Below, in pieces: positions 1 to 9,930 of a stretch of DNA of 64,000 nt. Below the pieces are notes generated by a model, which saw nothing but the letters and a program-made list of their open reading frames with translations, was not told where the DNA came from and did no database searches. The stretch lies in assembly GCA_016218805.1 (NCBI GenBank), contig JACRCW010000076.1, forward strand, positions 1-64,000, written 5' to 3'. Both the position numbers and the translations under genes were made by a program. Numbering within the stretch: position 1 is the first letter of the stretch; the number at the start of each line of letters is the position of its first letter. This stretch comes from Deltaproteobacteria bacterium. Lineage in GTDB: Bacteria > Myxococcota > JACRCW01.

Positions 1-1088
1 TGGCTGCCTTCGCCGCCCTTGGGTGCGGGCGCCTGGGACGGGCGGCGGACCACAAACGCCTTGCGCTCCGTACCGCCCTCCACCCGCACGCCCACTTCCA
101 TGCCCACCTTGGGATCTTCCGTCTTGAGGTAGCCCAGCAGGCGCGCGCGGCCGTGTCCCACGTCGGCGGCGGAGGTCACTTCGCCCTCATCCCCGTTGGG
201 AAGGAACAGGCGCGAACCGGGCGGCGGCGCGGGGGTCTCCGTCTCCAGCGCAATGAGGTAGCGGCGCTGCTTCATGTACGTGTCCATGCGCGCCACCACT
301 TCCTGACCCACGTAGCAGCCCTTGCCAAAGTGCAGCGTGTCCACGAGCCCCGCCTCCAGCGGGTTGTGTTCCTCATTCAGCTCCGGGCCGTACAGTGGCA
401 GGCCCGCTTCCAGGCGCAGCGCGTTGTACGCCGTGGACCCGCCAAACCGCGCCCCGCGGCCAACCAGCCAGTTGCACACGCGCGGGGCCACGCCGGTGGG
501 CATGATGAGCCGCACCGTGAGGCCCGCCACTGTGTCACTCTTGGCGGCCAGCACCTGCACGCCGCCCAGGTCCAGCTGCATCAGCTCATGCAGGTCCGCA
601 AACGCCACCAGCGGCGCATGGCACAGCTCCGCCGCGCGCGGGCCCAGCACATCCAGCTGCACGGTGGCGGCGGTGAGGTCCACCACCTCCACGTCTTCGC
701 GGATGACGTACTGGGCAATCCACGCGGCAATTGCCTCCGCGCGGCCCGCGCTCCCCACAATCATGTCTCCGTCACTGGCGGCGTGGACAACAACGCGATC
801 CACGATGCGTCCCTTGCCGTTGGTGAACGTGGTGGCGGCGCCCTTGCCCTCCGGTAGCGCCAGCAGGTCATTGGTGGTCAGCCGCTGCAGCAGGTCCCGG
901 CGGTCCTGCCCGTTGAGTTGCAGGCGCGCGCACCGGCTGCGGTCCACCACGAGCACGTCCGCGCGGCCGGCCTCCACCTCCGCGTTGGCATCACCGTAGT
1001 CCGCCACGCTGCATCCCGTGGGCGCCCACGGCTCACCGCGTCCACCGTGCCCGTTGTGCCAGCTGCGCATCTCTTCCGTCATGTCCAT
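1..1088 (-). CDS. ygfZ: YgfZ/GcvT-family folate-binding protein (3' end runs off the window)
   Basis: Manual translation gives MDMTEEMRSW...DRRDLLQRLTTND...LHFGKGCYVGQEVVARM, containing the KGCYxGQE signature. Missing from the ORF track because it has no stop codon in the window. Confidence 0.88.
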   Translation of the reverse strand, partial: MDMTEEMRSWHNGHGGRGEPWAPTGCSVADYGDANAEVEAGRADVLVVDRSRCARLQLNGQDRRDLLQRLTTNDLLALPEGKGAATTFTNGKGRIVDRVVVHAASDGDMIVGSAGRAEAIAAWIAQYVIREDVEVVDLTAATVQLDVLGPRAAELCHAPLVAFADLHELMQLDLGGVQVLAAKSDTVAGLTVRLIMPTGVAPRVCNWLVGRGARFGGSTAYNALRLEAGLPLYGPELNEEHNPLEAGLVDTLHFGKGCYVGQEVVARMDTYMKQRRYLIALETETPAPPPGSRLFLPNGDEGEVTSAADVGHGRARLLGYLKTEDPKVGMEVGVRVEGGTERKAFVVRRPSQAPAPKGGEGS

Positions 1089-1137
1089 CACGCTCCGCGT
1101 GCCTCATACCCTCCGGTGCGCAGCGGTGCATGTCTGC

Positions 1138-2223
1138 TCACCGCGCCACCTTGGCGCCCTCCGCGCGACGCCACAGCAGCAGGGCGGCCACCAGCGCCAG
1201 GCCCGGCCCCAGTCCCGCGGCCAGCCATGACGGCAGCAGCGCACGTCCCGCCAGCATGTCCGCCAGCATCAACGCCAGCTGCGCGCCCGCCACGGCGATT
1301 CCCCCGACGAACAACAGCCGCTCCACGGGCGCTTCGCGCCGTTGCCGCGCCGCCAGCGGCACCGCCAGCAACCCCAGCAGGAACACCATCATGGGATCAG
1401 TCACCCGGCGCAGCAGGGCCAAGCGGTAGGCCGTGGCGTCACGCCCGCCCGCTTCACGCTTCTCAATGGCGCGGACCAGGCCCACCAGCGTGAAGTGTTC
1501 CGGGTAGCCCATGGGTGCGGACAGCGCGGCCGCCGCCGCGGGCAGGTGCAGCGTGCGCGTGCCCGCCGGTTCAAACGCGGGGGAGGGCGGCAGCGTGGTG
1601 ATCACGGATCCCTCCAGCGTGAAGTCGCCGGGCGTGGGCGCGGCCTGCATGCGCGCGGCCACCAGGCGCTGCCGCACGTGCAGCTCGTCGTCAACCAGCA
1701 CGCCCATGACACGTTCATACGCGTCCCCCGCGGCGGGTTGGGCGCGCGCGTAGATGGGGCCCGCGCGGAACCATTCACTGCGGTGGTGAAAATCCCAGAA
1801 GCGCCCGGTGCGCAGGTGGAACACGTCCTGCGCCAACCGCAGCGCCTGGCGGCCCATGGGGGGAATCACCCATTCGGCAAGTGCCGCGTGCGTCACCGCC
1901 GCGGCCCCGCTGACGACGAGAACCGCCGGCAACGCGGTGGACCGCAGCGACCGCCCCGCCGCCGCCAGGGCCGCCATCTCCGCGCGCCGGTTGAGCAACC
2001 CGAGCGCGGCCAGCGCGCCCAGCACCACGCCGGGCCCCAGCATCAGCGCCATCACTTCCGGTGCGCGGTAGACGTAGAACAGCGCCACCTGAGACCACGT
2101 GCCCGCGGCCAGCCACCGCGCGCTCTCCATGCTGTCCATCACCACAAACAGCATCCACCCCGCCAGCACCACAAACACGGTGCGCGGCCAGGTCATGGAG
2201 AGCACGTAGCGTTGGGCAATCAT
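1138..2223 (-). CDS. lptG: LptF/LptG family LPS export permease (LptG-like)
   Basis: MIAQRYVL start, three N-terminal and three C-terminal TM segments, 'RRAEMAALAAAG' motif; tandem with the upstream paralog. Confidence 0.8.
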   Translation of the reverse strand: MIAQRYVLSMTWPRTVFVVLAGWMLFVVMDSMESARWLAAGTWSQVALFYVYRAPEVMALMLGPGVVLGALAALGLLNRRAEMAALAAAGRSLRSTALPAVLVVSGAAAVTHAALAEWVIPPMGRQALRLAQDVFHLRTGRFWDFHHRSEWFRAGPIYARAQPAAGDAYERVMGVLVDDELHVRQRLVAARMQAAPTPGDFTLEGSVITTLPPSPAFEPAGTRTLHLPAAAAALSAPMGYPEHFTLVGLVRAIEKREAGGRDATAYRLALLRRVTDPMMVFLLGLLAVPLAARQRREAPVERLLFVGGIAVAGAQLALMLADMLAGRALLPSWLAAGLGPGLALVAALLLWRRAEGAKVAR

Positions 2224-2224
2224 G

Positions 2225-3331
2225 TCAGGTCCACCGCGTGGCGCGCGCACGCCACGCCCAGGCCAGCAACGCCGCGCCCAGCAGGTTGGGGACATTGGCA
2301 CCCAACCACGGCGGCAGGATGCCCTGCAGCACCAGGTTGCGCCCAAACCCCAACAGCCCGAAGTACAGCGCCACCAGCAACGCGCTGCCGATGTATGCGC
2401 GCCCGCGCGCGGTGGGCGCGCGTTGCCCGCCAAAGATCCCGCCGAGCATGCACAGGAGGATCATGCCCCACGGCAGGGACAGTTTCTGCCAGAGGTGGAA
2501 GCGGAGCTTGTTGTGGGCGTCGTCGTGCTCGCTGGAGGACGCGGCTTCCCACAGCCGGTTCAGCGGCCACGCCTGCCACGCGTGCAGCGTCATGGCCTCC
2601 TCACCCACCCAGGACGCCACGTCCACCGTGAGCTCCGCGTGGTCAAACGTCATGCGGTTGAGGTCAGACGGTTTGTCCGCGGGCAGGATGGCTTCGCCGC
2701 GGTCCGCGGACACGTGGATGAGCCCCACGCCGGCAGGGCGCACGTCCACGGAGCGCGCGGTCAACACCAGCGGCCCGTTGGCCAGGTCACGTCCCACCAC
2801 CACGTCTGACAGCGTGGCGTTGCCCTCCGCGTCAAAGGCCGCGCCACCCACGTACACGCTGGCCAGGTTGCCCACGTGGTTGAACGTGCCCGGTGCCAGC
2901 GTCCGTGCAAACGCGCGCGTACCCAGGAGCGCCACGTCACGTGCGTAGTGCGCGGTGCCCCACGGTTCGCCCCAGATCCCGGCGCACAGCACCAGCAGCG
3001 CCATCACCAGGCCGGACAGCAGCGCCGGGCGGAACACGCGGTGCGGCGGGATGGCGGCCGCGCCCATGGCGGTGAGTTCGCCGTCTTCCGCCAGGCGGTC
3101 ATATGCCACCACGCAGCCAAAGATCCCGCTGGCCCCCAGCGCCATGCCGGAGAAGCCCGGCGCCAGGTCCGCAATCAGCGACGCGAGCAACCCCAGGTCA
3201 CGCCAACTGGTGAGCACCATCTGGCTCACGCGGGACAACTGCCAGAGGCTCACCACGGTTCCCACAACCAGCGTGACCGCAAACAGCGGCCACGCCACGC
3301 GACGCAGGAGGTAGGAATCCGCCACGCGCAT
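2225..3331 (-). CDS. lptF: LptF/LptG family LPS export permease (LptF-like)
   Basis: 'DSYLLRR' N-terminus, 'RLAEDGELTAMGAAAI' motif, C-terminal 'WLGANVPN'. Confidence 0.82.
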   Translation of the reverse strand: MRVADSYLLRRVAWPLFAVTLVVGTVVSLWQLSRVSQMVLTSWRDLGLLASLIADLAPGFSGMALGASGIFGCVVAYDRLAEDGELTAMGAAAIPPHRVFRPALLSGLVMALLVLCAGIWGEPWGTAHYARDVALLGTRAFARTLAPGTFNHVGNLASVYVGGAAFDAEGNATLSDVVVGRDLANGPLVLTARSVDVRPAGVGLIHVSADRGEAILPADKPSDLNRMTFDHAELTVDVASWVGEEAMTLHAWQAWPLNRLWEAASSSEHDDAHNKLRFHLWQKLSLPWGMILLCMLGGIFGGQRAPTARGRAYIGSALLVALYFGLLGFGRNLVLQGILPPWLGANVPNLLGAALLAWAWRARATRWT

Positions 3332-3401
3332 GGGACGCGCCCAGCGTGTACCTTGACGCGGGGCCGCCCGTCATGCGGGCGTGCCGCCTGGAGGTGCAAG
3401 C

Positions 3402-4322
3402 ATGGTGCGCAGGATGTGGTGGGTGCTGCTGCTGGCGTGGGGCGCGGACGCGTGCGCGCAGCCGCCGTGCGCCAGCCCCGTGTTCGAGGCGCAGGGGCAC
3501 CGGGGCGGACGCGCCAGGCGTCCCGAGAATTCGCTGGCGGCCATGGAGTACGCCCTGTCGCGCGGGGTGACCACGCTGGAGATGGACGTGGCGGTCACGC
3601 GGGACGAGGTCCTGGTCCTGGCGCACGAGCCGTGGCTCCCCAAGGACCGCTGCCTGGACCCGGACGGCAACCCGGCGGCGGATGTGCCCATCAACACGCT
3701 CACGCTGGCGCAACTGTCCCGCTACGACTGCGGCAGTCTCAAGCACAAGGACTTCCCCGACCAGGTGACCGTGCCCGGACCGCTGGCCACGCTGCGCGAG
3801 GTGTTCGCGGTGGGTGAGCGCCTGAGCGGGGCGCGCATCCATTACAATATTGAACCCAAGATGGACCCCGCGGACGACGACAAGACGCCGAGCGCGGAGC
3901 GCTTCATGGACCTGTTGCTGGCGGACATTGAGGGCGCGGGGGTGCACGACCGCGTGATCATCCAGTCCTTTGACGCGCGGCCGCTGCGCGAACTGGTGTT
4001 GCGCGGGAGCACGCTCAAACGCGCGTTCCTGTGGCCCACCGCGCAGCCCAGTGTGATGTCCACGGTGTTCTCCGCGGATCCGCTCACCATGGCGGACGCG
4101 CTGGGGGCGGAGATCCTCTCCAGCTATGACCCGGTCACCACGCGCCCGCTGGTGGACGCGGCGCACGCGCGCGGCGTGGCCGTGGTGCCGTGGACGGTCA
4201 ACAAGCGCGACCGCATGGCGAAGCTTGTGGACATGGGTGTGGACGGCCTCATTTCCGACGACCCGGACCTGCTGATGGAAGTGGTGCGCGAAAAGAAGCC
4301 GACGCGCGGCGTGTGCTGGTGA
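3402..4322 (+). CDS. Glycerophosphodiester phosphodiesterase, exported
   Basis: GHRGG..PENSL, LEMDV, HEP, IQSFD, WTVN and GVDGLISDDP motifs; signal peptide; GGAGG RBS. Confidence 0.9.
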   Translation: MVRRMWWVLLLAWGADACAQPPCASPVFEAQGHRGGRARRPENSLAAMEYALSRGVTTLEMDVAVTRDEVLVLAHEPWLPKDRCLDPDGNPAADVPINTLTLAQLSRYDCGSLKHKDFPDQVTVPGPLATLREVFAVGERLSGARIHYNIEPKMDPADDDKTPSAERFMDLLLADIEGAGVHDRVIIQSFDARPLRELVLRGSTLKRAFLWPTAQPSVMSTVFSADPLTMADALGAEILSSYDPVTTRPLVDAAHARGVAVVPWTVNKRDRMAKLVDMGVDGLISDDPDLLMEVVREKKPTRGVCW

Positions 4323-4325
4323 CGC

Positions 4326-5090
4326 ATGGATGACATTCCGCAGTTGCACCGGTTGACGTGGGAGGAAGCGCGGGACCTGTTTGCGCGCTCCCCCGTGGTG
4401 TTGTGGCCGGTGGGCAGCACGGAGCCGCACGGCCCGCACCTGGCGCTGGAAACGGACGTCATCATCGCGCGCGGCATGGCGCACCGGGCGGCGCGGTTGT
4501 TGGACGCACGCGGCACGCCCGCGTGTCTGCTTCCCTCGCTGCCGCTGGGCGTGACCGAGTTTGGGCGCGGTTTCACCGGCGCGTTGTCCATCCCCGCGGA
4601 CGTGCTGGTGGAGCTGGTGGTGGCCACCGCCCAGGCGCTCCAACGTGACGGGGCGCGTGCGCTGGTGCTGGTCAACGCGCACCTGGAACCGGATCACCTG
4701 CGCGCGCTGCACAACGCCGCACACCAGGCCTGCGCCCGCACCGGCCTGCCGGTGTGTTTCACTGACAAGACGCGCCCGTCGGTGGCGCGCGCCTTGGGTG
4801 ACGAGTTCCGCAGCGGCGCATGCCACGCGGGCCGCTATGAGACTTCCATGGTCCTTGCCGAGGACCCCACCGCGGTGCGCCGTGATGCTGCGCTGGAGCT
4901 GCCGCGCGTGGACATTTCGTTGGCGCGCGCCATCCGCGCGGGCAAGACGTCCTTCAAGGAAGCGGGTGGTGAGCGCGCGTACTTTGGTGCGCCTGCGGAA
5001 GCCACCGCGGAGGAGGGTGACGCGCTCCTGGAGACGCTGGCGCGGTTCATTGTGGCGGACCTGGATGCGATGCTGGGGCCGCACGCATGA
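4326..5090 (+). CDS. Creatininase/amidohydrolase family protein
   Basis: PVGSTEPHGPHL..TD, VNAH and HAGRYETS motifs. Confidence 0.9.
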   Translation: MDDIPQLHRLTWEEARDLFARSPVVLWPVGSTEPHGPHLALETDVIIARGMAHRAARLLDARGTPACLLPSLPLGVTEFGRGFTGALSIPADVLVELVVATAQALQRDGARALVLVNAHLEPDHLRALHNAAHQACARTGLPVCFTDKTRPSVARALGDEFRSGACHAGRYETSMVLAEDPTAVRRDAALELPRVDISLARAIRAGKTSFKEAGGERAYFGAPAEATAEEGDALLETLARFIVADLDAMLGPHA

Positions 5091-5950
5091 CGGGTGAGGC
5101 GCCGCCCGACAAGCCGCTCCGCCCGCCCGCGGCGCTGTTGCTGTTGCAGGACCTGGTGTTCCTGTTGGCGGTGTCACTGGCACACGGCACGGGTGCTTGG
5201 ACCGCGTGGTGGTGCGCGGTGCAGGTGCCGTTCCCCTTGGGCTTCCCTGTGGCGGTGGGGTTGTACCCGCTGGTCACGCTGCTGGTGGTGATTGCGCTGG
5301 ACCGGACCGTTCCCGCCGTGCCCGTGGGCAGACACGCCATGGGCAGCCCCGCGTTCATCCTGTGGGGGATCCACCTGGTGCTCTACCGCGTGGTGCGCAT
5401 CCCGCCGGTGATCTGGCTGGTGCGCTACTCCAACGTGTTGCGTTTCATCTGGCTGCGCGGCCTGGGTGCGGACGCGGCGTTCTCCGCGCAGATGAGCGGG
5501 GACGTGAACCTGCTGGATCACCGCCCGCTGGTGCTGGGGGCCGGGTGCCTGCTGGGGAGTGAGGTCATGGTGACCACCCACATGGTCATCCGCGGCGAGC
5601 TGCGCGCGGAACCGGTGACCGTGGAGGAGGACGCGGTGGTGGGGGCGCGGTCCGTGCTGGGGCCGGGGTGCCGGGTGGGCCGGCACGCGGTGGTGGAGGT
5701 GGGCGTGCTGCTCGGGCCGGGGTGCAAGGTCGGTGAGCGCGCGCGTATCGGCGGGGCATCCACGCTCGCGCGTGATGTGGAGATTGGTGACGGCGCGTTC
5801 ATTGAGCAGCGCAGCCACGTGGAAGCGGGCACGCGCATCGGCGCGGGAGAGCGGTGGGGTGGTTGTCCCGCGCAGCGTGTTCTTTCCGCGGAGGACGCAC
5901 GCGCGAAGGGCTCGGCAGGAGCCTCGCCCTCCCGGGAGGTCCAATCATGA
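5087..5950 (+). CDS. Membrane-anchored hexapeptide-repeat (left-handed beta-helix) acyltransferase-like protein
   Basis: N-terminal TM helices followed by [LIV]GxxxxV hexapeptide repeats and 'WGGCPA'. Confidence 0.7.
   Translation: MTGEAPPDKPLRPPAALLLLQDLVFLLAVSLAHGTGAWTAWWCAVQVPFPLGFPVAVGLYPLVTLLVVIALDRTVPAVPVGRHAMGSPAFILWGIHLVLYRVVRIPPVIWLVRYSNVLRFIWLRGLGADAAFSAQMSGDVNLLDHRPLVLGAGCLLGSEVMVTTHMVIRGELRAEPVTVEEDAVVGARSVLGPGCRVGRHAVVEVGVLLGPGCKVGERARIGGASTLARDVEIGDGAFIEQRSHVEAGTRIGAGERWGGCPAQRVLSAEDARAKGSAGASPSREVQS
5909..5934. repeat. REP-like palindromic element GGCTCGGCAGGAGCCTCGCCCTCCCG, located in the CDS tail
   Basis: The same ~25-bp motif with a GGCTC-N5-GAGCC hairpin recurs at 16681, 47530, 47679 (inverted) and 47827. 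Confidence 0.75.
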
Positions 5951-5964
5951 TCGACGTGCATGGC

Positions 5965-7431
5965 TCAAGACCGCGCGGATGCGCCGGTCTCCTTGCCCAG
6001 CAACGCACCCAGCTCCGGATCATCCAGGCGCACCCGCAGCACGCGCTCCTTGGCCAGCGTGACCAGGCCCGGCGTCCCCGGAACCGGCCGCACGTGCCGC
6101 ACCTCCGTCCAGCGGACGTCCACCACGCCGTGCCCCCGCGCTTCTGAAAAATGCGCGGCCAGCTGTGCGGCACGCAGCAACGCCCGGTCACGCCCGGGCC
6201 GTTCAGCGTCCAGCACAAGAATCACGTGACTGCCCGGCGCGTCGCGCGCGTGCAGGAACAGGTCGTTCCCCCGCGCCGTGCGGTGTGTCAGCAGATCATT
6301 GTCCGCGCGGGTGCGGCCCACCAGCACCACGTATCCCTCCGGCGTGGTGAAGCGGCGGAACGGCTGCCGTCGCGAAGGCCCGCGTTTCTCGCCGCGTGCC
6401 GGCGCCGCCGCATCCGCGCCCACCACCGCCAGCGCTTGCGCCTCCGCGCCTTCCGCGCGCGCATCCAACGCTTGCAGCGCCGCGGTCAGCGCTGCCGCAC
6501 GCACCCGCGCCTGTTGCAGCCGCGGCGTCACGTTGGCGCGCGTCCGCTCCAGGCGGCGCGCGCGGTGGAACAGGCGCTCCACGTTCTGTTGCACGCCCAG
6601 CGCCGGCTCCACCGCAATCACCAGTGTTGGCGCCTCCGGATTGTACGCGTCCGCCAGCGTCCACTCCGTCGCGCCCCGCGGGAGCGATCCCATCTGCACC
6701 TTGGCGCGTTCCGCGGCCGCGCGCAGGCGGTCTTCTTCCTCCGTGCGGCGCAGGTCGGACTCCAGCGCGCGCACCAGCCGCGTCTCGCGGTCCAGCGCCG
6801 CGCGCACGCGCCGTCGCACAGAGACATCCACGGGCGGCACGGTGGGTGGGGCGTGCGCTTGGCGCTGGTCCAGCGCGGCGTGCGTGGGCAGCGCGGCCCA
6901 CGGATCATCCGGCGCGCGCGCGCGAATCCACGGTGCTGCATCAAACGCGTCAGGCGCCTTCACCGCGACAAACGGCTTGCCCACCGCAAGACCGCGCGGC
7001 GCAAGCCGCGCAATGAGGGATGCGCCCAGCACCTTGCCCGCATCATTCACCAGCAGCACGTTGGCGTGCGTACCCGCCCAGTCCAGCACCAGCCGAAGCG
7101 GCGTGCTCAGCGTGTGGAACACCATGGACGCGTGCGCACCCGCACCCGTCTCCACGGCCGCCAGGCGCGTGTTGGCCAGGTACTTCCGCAGCAGACCCTG
7201 GAACGCGGGCGGCTGCGCATCTTCATCGCGCCGCGGTGGAGCGGAGGCCAGGTGCCAGGCGGGAGCGGACGGGTCCAGCAACAGCGCGTGCGTGGTGCCG
7301 TGCGCGTGCAGTTCTACGACGACACGGCCCTCTGCAACGCGCATTTTCTGAACGCGGGCGTCTGTGCCCCAGCCCAGCAGCTCGGCCGCAAGCGCATCCT
7401 GCACCGCCGGAGAAAGCCACCACGGGCGCAT
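5965..7431 (-). CDS. NFACT family (Rqc2/RqcH/FbpA-like) protein
   Basis: N-terminal 'FQGLLRKYL', coiled coil 'QQNVERLFHRARRL', C-terminal NFACT-R 'VLVGRTRADNDLL...FLHARDAPGSHV...AAQLAAHFS'. Confidence 0.88.
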   Translation of the reverse strand: MRPWWLSPAVQDALAAELLGWGTDARVQKMRVAEGRVVVELHAHGTTHALLLDPSAPAWHLASAPPRRDEDAQPPAFQGLLRKYLANTRLAAVETGAGAHASMVFHTLSTPLRLVLDWAGTHANVLLVNDAGKVLGASLIARLAPRGLAVGKPFVAVKAPDAFDAAPWIRARAPDDPWAALPTHAALDQRQAHAPPTVPPVDVSVRRRVRAALDRETRLVRALESDLRRTEEEDRLRAAAERAKVQMGSLPRGATEWTLADAYNPEAPTLVIAVEPALGVQQNVERLFHRARRLERTRANVTPRLQQARVRAAALTAALQALDARAEGAEAQALAVVGADAAAPARGEKRGPSRRQPFRRFTTPEGYVVLVGRTRADNDLLTHRTARGNDLFLHARDAPGSHVILVLDAERPGRDRALLRAAQLAAHFSEARGHGVVDVRWTEVRHVRPVPGTPGLVTLAKERVLRVRLDDPELGALLGKETGASARS

Positions 7432-7519
7432 GCGCAAGCCCCCCAAAACGCCAGCGGCTGGCACCCGTGAGGGATACCAGCCGCTGGTCCATCAGAAACT
7501 GCTGAAACGCGTTCAGGCC

Positions 7520-7621
7520 TTACTTCTTCTTCTTGGCGGCCTTCTTCTTGCCCTTCTTGGCGCCGCGCTTCGCGGTCTTCTTGGCGGCCTTCTTGGCCTT
7601 CTTCTTCTTCTTCGCAGCCAT
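7520..7621 (-). CDS. 33-aa Lys/Ala-rich small basic peptide MAAKKKKKAKKAAKKTAKRGAKKGKKKAAKKKK
   Basis: ATG..TAA in frame, GAGGGA RBS just upstream, Lys encoded only by AAG (host-like codon bias); below the ORF-track length cutoff. Confidence 0.75.
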   Translation of the reverse strand: MAAKKKKKAKKAAKKTAKRGAKKGKKKAAKKKK

Positions 7622-7690
7622 CGTATCCCTCGCGATCTGTGTGGTTGGTCATAGGTCGTTGATTGTCATCTCGACCGACCGAAACGGAGA

Positions 7691-7718
7691 TCTATAGAAG
7701 TACGGTGAAGTATGTCAA
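7691..7718 (-). promoter_or_regulatory. Candidate sigma70 promoter for the small basic ORF
   Basis: Minus strand reads TTGACA-N16-TATAGA inside an AT-rich divergent intergenic region. Confidence 0.4.
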
Positions 7719-7776
7719 CTGTATTTCAACATACGTGACATGACACTGCGTCATGTGCGGACGAAGGAGAGCGCTC

Positions 7777-8097
7777 ATGGGGTTTGATGCGGTGAAGAAC
7801 CACGTCCGTTTCAATGCGGAGAAGCTGTCCAAGAATGGCGTGTTCTCCGACGAGAAACTGGCGATGGTGGATGTGTACTGCGCGCGCGCGGGACAGCAGC
7901 AGCGCACGCATGCGCACGCGCATGCCGCAAAGTGTTACGTGATACTTGAAGGGCGCGCGAAGGTGACCATCGGATCAGACACGCGCGAGATCAGCGCGGG
8001 TGAGATGGCGTTCGCACCGCGAGGCGTGGAGCACGGACTGGAATGCGTGGGCCCCGCGGACCTGGTTGCGTTGGTGTTCATTGCGGGAGCGTTGTGA
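7777..8097 (+). CDS. Cupin domain protein
   Basis: HAH...YVILEG...G....PRGVEHG cupin motifs; AAGGAG RBS. Confidence 0.85.
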   Translation: MGFDAVKNHVRFNAEKLSKNGVFSDEKLAMVDVYCARAGQQQRTHAHAHAAKCYVILEGRAKVTIGSDTREISAGEMAFAPRGVEHGLECVGPADLVALVFIAGAL

Positions 8098-8143
8098 TGG
8101 CGGGCGTTGGCGCGTCGTCGCGGTGGGCCTAGGGTGCGCACGC

Positions 8144-9019
8144 ATGATGCGCTCAAGCGTGGTGGCTGCGGGTCTGGTGGTGCTGGCCGCGTGCGGGAGC
8201 GCGTCCACCGCCGCGCGTGATGACCATGGCGCGCCGCGGCATGCGGAAGGCGGCGCGGGCGTCTCCAAGCCGGAAGACAAGAAGCCCGCGGCGGATGCCC
8301 GGCCCGCGGGTGAGACGGCGGTCTCGCGCAACCTGGTGGCGGTGGATGACTCCGTTCCCGCGGCGCCGGACCTTGCGCAGAAGCTGGTGGGGCCGCGGCT
8401 GGCCGTGGAGAAGGAGATGCACGAGGTCCTGGGGCAGTCCGCGCGCGCGCTCACGCGCCGCCGCCCCGACGGGCCGGATGGATTGATGGGAAACCTGCTG
8501 GCGGACGTGATGCGCACCGCCGCAGCGGAATCCACGGGCAAGCCCGTTGATGTGGCGTTCACCAACAAGGGTGGCGTGCGCGGTGACCTGCCCAAGGGTC
8601 CGCTCACCCGCGGTGACATCCTGGAGGTGATGCCGTTCGACAATGGGATTGTGGTGCTGGAGATCAGCGGTGCGGAGTTGCAGGAGGTGCTGGACCGCTC
8701 CTCCACGCATGGCGGGGACCCGTGGTCCGGTGTGAGCTTCCGGATTGTGGACCGCAAGGCGGTGGACGTGAAGGTGGGTGATGCGCCGCTGGACCTGGCG
8801 CGGACCTACCGGCTGTGCACCAACGACTACATCGTGGACGGCGGCGGCCGGTATGAGGCGCTCAAGCGCGCGAAGAACGTCAACCGCACGGGCATCCTCA
8901 TCCGGGATGCACTGCTTGCGCACGTGCAGCGTGAGACTGAAGCCGGGCGGCTGGTTGACTCAACCGTGGGCGGGCGCATCTTGTCCGTGGATGCGCCGCC
9001 GGAGGCCAAGCCTGAATGA
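8144..9019 (+). CDS. 5'-nucleotidase C-terminal (substrate-binding) domain lipoprotein
   Basis: Lipobox LAAC; 'GNLLAD', 'NKGGVRGDL', 'MPFDN' and 'TNDYIVDGG' motifs. Confidence 0.88.
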   Translation: MMRSSVVAAGLVVLAACGSASTAARDDHGAPRHAEGGAGVSKPEDKKPAADARPAGETAVSRNLVAVDDSVPAAPDLAQKLVGPRLAVEKEMHEVLGQSARALTRRRPDGPDGLMGNLLADVMRTAAAESTGKPVDVAFTNKGGVRGDLPKGPLTRGDILEVMPFDNGIVVLEISGAELQEVLDRSSTHGGDPWSGVSFRIVDRKAVDVKVGDAPLDLARTYRLCTNDYIVDGGGRYEALKRAKNVNRTGILIRDALLAHVQRETEAGRLVDSTVGGRILSVDAPPEAKPE

Positions 9020-9930
9020 TGTTCACCCGCCGCACCTTCCTGATGGGCACCCTGGCGGCGGCACCGCTGCTGACCGGGCGCCGCGCGCGTGCGGCGGCCG
9101 CGCCGGCGGGCGCCACCACCATCACGCTGTTGCACACCAATGACACGCACAGCCGGCTGGACCCGTTTCCCGGCGGCCAGGGCAACCTGAGTCACCGCGG
9201 GGGCATTGCGCGGCGCGCGCATCTCATCCGCGCCATCCGCAAGGAGAACCCCAACACGCTGGCGCTGGACGGGGGTGACACGTTCCAGGGCACGCCGTTC
9301 TACAACAAGTACCTTGGCACGCTGGACTACGAACTGATGTCCATGGCGGGATACGACGCGAGCGCGGTGGGCAATCACGACTTTGACGGCGGGGTGGACG
9401 GGCTGGTCAAGGCGGCCGCGTTGGCGAAGTTTGACCTGTTGGCCTCCTATGACGTGAAGCAGGGCGCGCTGAACAAGGTGGTGAAGTCCAGCGTCATCCG
9501 GACGGTGGGCGGTCTGAAGGTGGGGCTGTTTGGTTTGAGCGTGGTGCTGGATGGGTTGGTGAACCCGCGGTTGTGCCAGGGTGTGCGCTACCAGGACCCG
9601 GTGGAGGCAGCGCGGCGGCAGACGGATGAGTTGCGCAACGCCGGCTGTGACCTGGTCATTGCGCTCAGTCACCTGGGTCACACCGGCTACCTGGGCGAAC
9701 CGGGTGACCTGCACTGGCCGCAGAAGGTGGCCGGCGTGGATTACGTGGTGGGCGGGCACACGCACACGTTCCTGGAGAAGCCGGAGCGGGTGAAGGGCCC
9801 GGGTGGTTGGGAGACGGCGGTGATGCAGGTGGGTTTTGCCGGTGTGAGCCTGGGCCGCGCGGACATCACCTTCCAGGGGCGCAACCGGGTGGAGCTTGCC
9901 GGGTTGGCGCTGGACGTGCGGGCGGTCTGA
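9016..9930 (+). CDS. 5'-nucleotidase N-terminal metallophosphoesterase domain, Tat-exported
   Basis: TRRTFL twin-arginine signal; HTNDTHS, DGGD, GNHDFD, LSHLG and GGHTH motifs. Confidence 0.9.
   Translation: MMFTRRTFLMGTLAAAPLLTGRRARAAAAPAGATTITLLHTNDTHSRLDPFPGGQGNLSHRGGIARRAHLIRAIRKENPNTLALDGGDTFQGTPFYNKYLGTLDYELMSMAGYDASAVGNHDFDGGVDGLVKAAALAKFDLLASYDVKQGALNKVVKSSVIRTVGGLKVGLFGLSVVLDGLVNPRLCQGVRYQDPVEAARRQTDELRNAGCDLVIALSHLGHTGYLGEPGDLHWPQKVAGVDYVVGGHTHTFLEKPERVKGPGGWETAVMQVGFAGVSLGRADITFQGRNRVELAGLALDVRAV

Noticed and set aside
4326..5090. Creatininase as a mycofactocin (MftE-type) RiPP peptidase
   Set aside because: No precursor, RRE or rSAM gene nearby; neighbours are a GDPD and an acyltransferase-like gene.
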